Source: Octopus sinensis | Lineage: Eukaryota | Assembly: GCF_006345805.1 (NCBI RefSeq) | Contig: NC_043024.1 | Location: forward strand, 2,914,001 to 2,978,000 | Length of the DNA: 64,000 nucleotides | Reading direction: 5' to 3' | Shown here: one piece after another, positions 62,455 to 64,000 of the stretch | How the letters are laid out: each line of letters begins with the position of its first letter | Numbering within the stretch: the stretch's first letter is position 1 | Notes under the pieces: generated by a model | Database searches by the model: none | Told to the model about the DNA's origin: nothing | What the model saw: the letters and a program-made list of their open reading frames with translations, nothing else | Position numbers and translations under genes: made by a program

Positions 62455-62787
62455 ATGGAAAACCAGCCGAACGTGGCCGTTGCCAGCGCCGCTCCGGTGG
62501 CACATAAAAAGCACCATCCGATTGTGGCCATTACCAGCCTTGTTTGGACCCCGTGCCGGTGGCCATTTGAGAGCCTCGACTGGCACCTGTGCAGGTGGCA
62601 TGTAAAAAGCACCCACAACACTCACGGAGTGGTTGGCATTAGGAAGGGCATCCAGCCGTAGAAACACTGCCAGATCAGACTGGGCCTGGCGCAGACTTCT
62701 GGCTTCCCAGACCCCAGTTGAACTGTCCAACCCATGCTAGCATGGAAAATGGACGTTAAACGATGATGATGATGATGATGATGATGA
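62455..62787 (+). mobile_element. RTE 3' UTR minisatellite fragment with (GAT)n tail
   Basis: Same units and gttaaacgatgatgatg tail as the other copies. Confidence 0.75.
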
Positions 62788-63159
62788 AAAATGACACATG
62801 ATATGAAATTAACGAAACGTAACTAATTCTTAAAACTCAACATAGAATATTCTTTATAGCTCCTTCATTAATTTGTTGGGGTGGCTGTCTTCGAGATATA
62901 TTTATTCACCATGCAGTTAAAGGATAGAAATTATTGATATTAGTCTTTACTCATTTTGTACCAGTTTAGACATATTTTGAAAACTGAAAATTATCAAATT
63001 AGACTTTATCGTAGGAAGAAATTGACTTGAAATCCAACAGAGGAAGCAATTTCAATTGTTAATCACCAAAAATTATCCAGACATTTTTATTGGCAATCTC
63101 AATTACAATTGGGTGAAAGTTGAGGAAAAGCTTTTTGAAAAAAGGAAAGGACATTTATA

Positions 63160-64000
63160 GGCGTAGGAGTGGCTGTGTGGTAAGTAGCTTGCTTACGAAC
63201 CACATAATTCTGGGTTCAGTCCCACTGCGAGGCACCTTGGGCAAATGTCTTCTACTATAGCTTCGGGCCAATCAAAGCCTTGTGAGTGGATTTGGTAGAC
63301 GGAAACTGAAAGAAGCCCGTCGTATATATGTATATATATATATATGCGTGTGTGTATTTGTGTCCCCCCCTAGCATTGCTTGTCAACCGATGCTGGTGTG
63401 TTTACGTCCCCGTTACTTAGCGGTTCGGCAAAAGAGACCGATAGAATAAGTACTGGGCTTACAAAAGAATAAGTCCCGGGGTCGAGTTGCTCGATTAAAG
63501 GCGGTGCTCCAGCATGGCCGCAGTCAAATGACTGAAACAAGTAAAAGAGAGTAAAAGAGTATATGTATATATATATATATGTATGTATGTGTTTGTGTGT
63601 CTGTGTCTGTCCTCCTAGCATTGCTTGACAACCAATGCTGGTGTGTTTACATCCCCGCCACTTAGCGGTTCGGCAAAAGAGACCGATAGAATAAGTAGTA
63701 GGCTTACAAAGAATAAGTCCTGAGGTTGATTTGCTCGACTAAAGGTGGTGCTCCAGCATGGCCACAGTCACATGACTGAAACAAGTAAAAGACAGACCAA
63801 AGCTGTCCGAGTTTTCGACCAACAATTATTCTGAAATTTAGTTCCTGGACACTTCTAGAAATGTCCAAAAGTAGATTCTCCCTCTCTCTTTTACATGTTT
63901 CAGTCATTTGACTGCGGCCATGCTGGAGCACCGCCTTTAGTCGAGCAAATCGACCCTGGCACTTTTTCTTTTGTAAGCCCAGTACTTATTCTATCGGTCT
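63160..64000. mobile_element. Cluster of S1 SINEs: full + copy 63160-63560, partial + copy about 63590-63793, partial - copy about 63878-64000
   Basis: Matches to the S1 consensus on both strands. Confidence 0.8.

Overview
AT-rich animal genomic DNA, most likely octopus or another cephalopod (inferred from the single-exon tandem C2H2 gene cluster with TGEKPY linkers and no N-terminal effector domain, and from the repeat content; not verifiable without a search). The window holds six C2H2 zinc-finger loci. Three lie on + as a recent tandem triplication (start offsets 9232 and 7497 bp): a disrupted copy A at 1-2.8 kb, a 14-finger copy B and an 8-finger copy C. Three older paralogues lie on - (22.1-23.4, 31.3-32.7 and 60.4-61.8 kb). 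All share one architecture: non-coding exon 1, GTAAGT intron, conserved leader exon, then a single coding exon. Between the genes is a dense layer of mobile DNA: RTE LINE fragments whose 3' UTR carries a hairpin minisatellite and (GAT)n tail, CR1/L2-like 3' ends, two head-to-tail Tx1/L1-clade elements (42.3-51.1 kb), at least three tRNA-head SINE families, Helitron Rep relics, several MITEs with visible TSDs, and a Merlin (IS1595/ISXO2-like) family with TIRs, 9-bp TSD MITEs and three different transposase sequences. Best leads: (1) an uninterrupted 285-aa Merlin-like ORF with no visible TIRs lying downstream of an orphan copy of the zinc-finger leader exon; (2) a minimal type-I hammerhead ribozyme motif inside a 27-bp inverted repeat at 40.6-40.7 kb; (3) an 87-nt non-coding block identical in four copies; (4) a SINE that shares its 3' tail with the Tx1 element. 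There is no sign of prokaryotic genes, rRNA, true tRNA genes or CRISPR. All identities were judged by eye.
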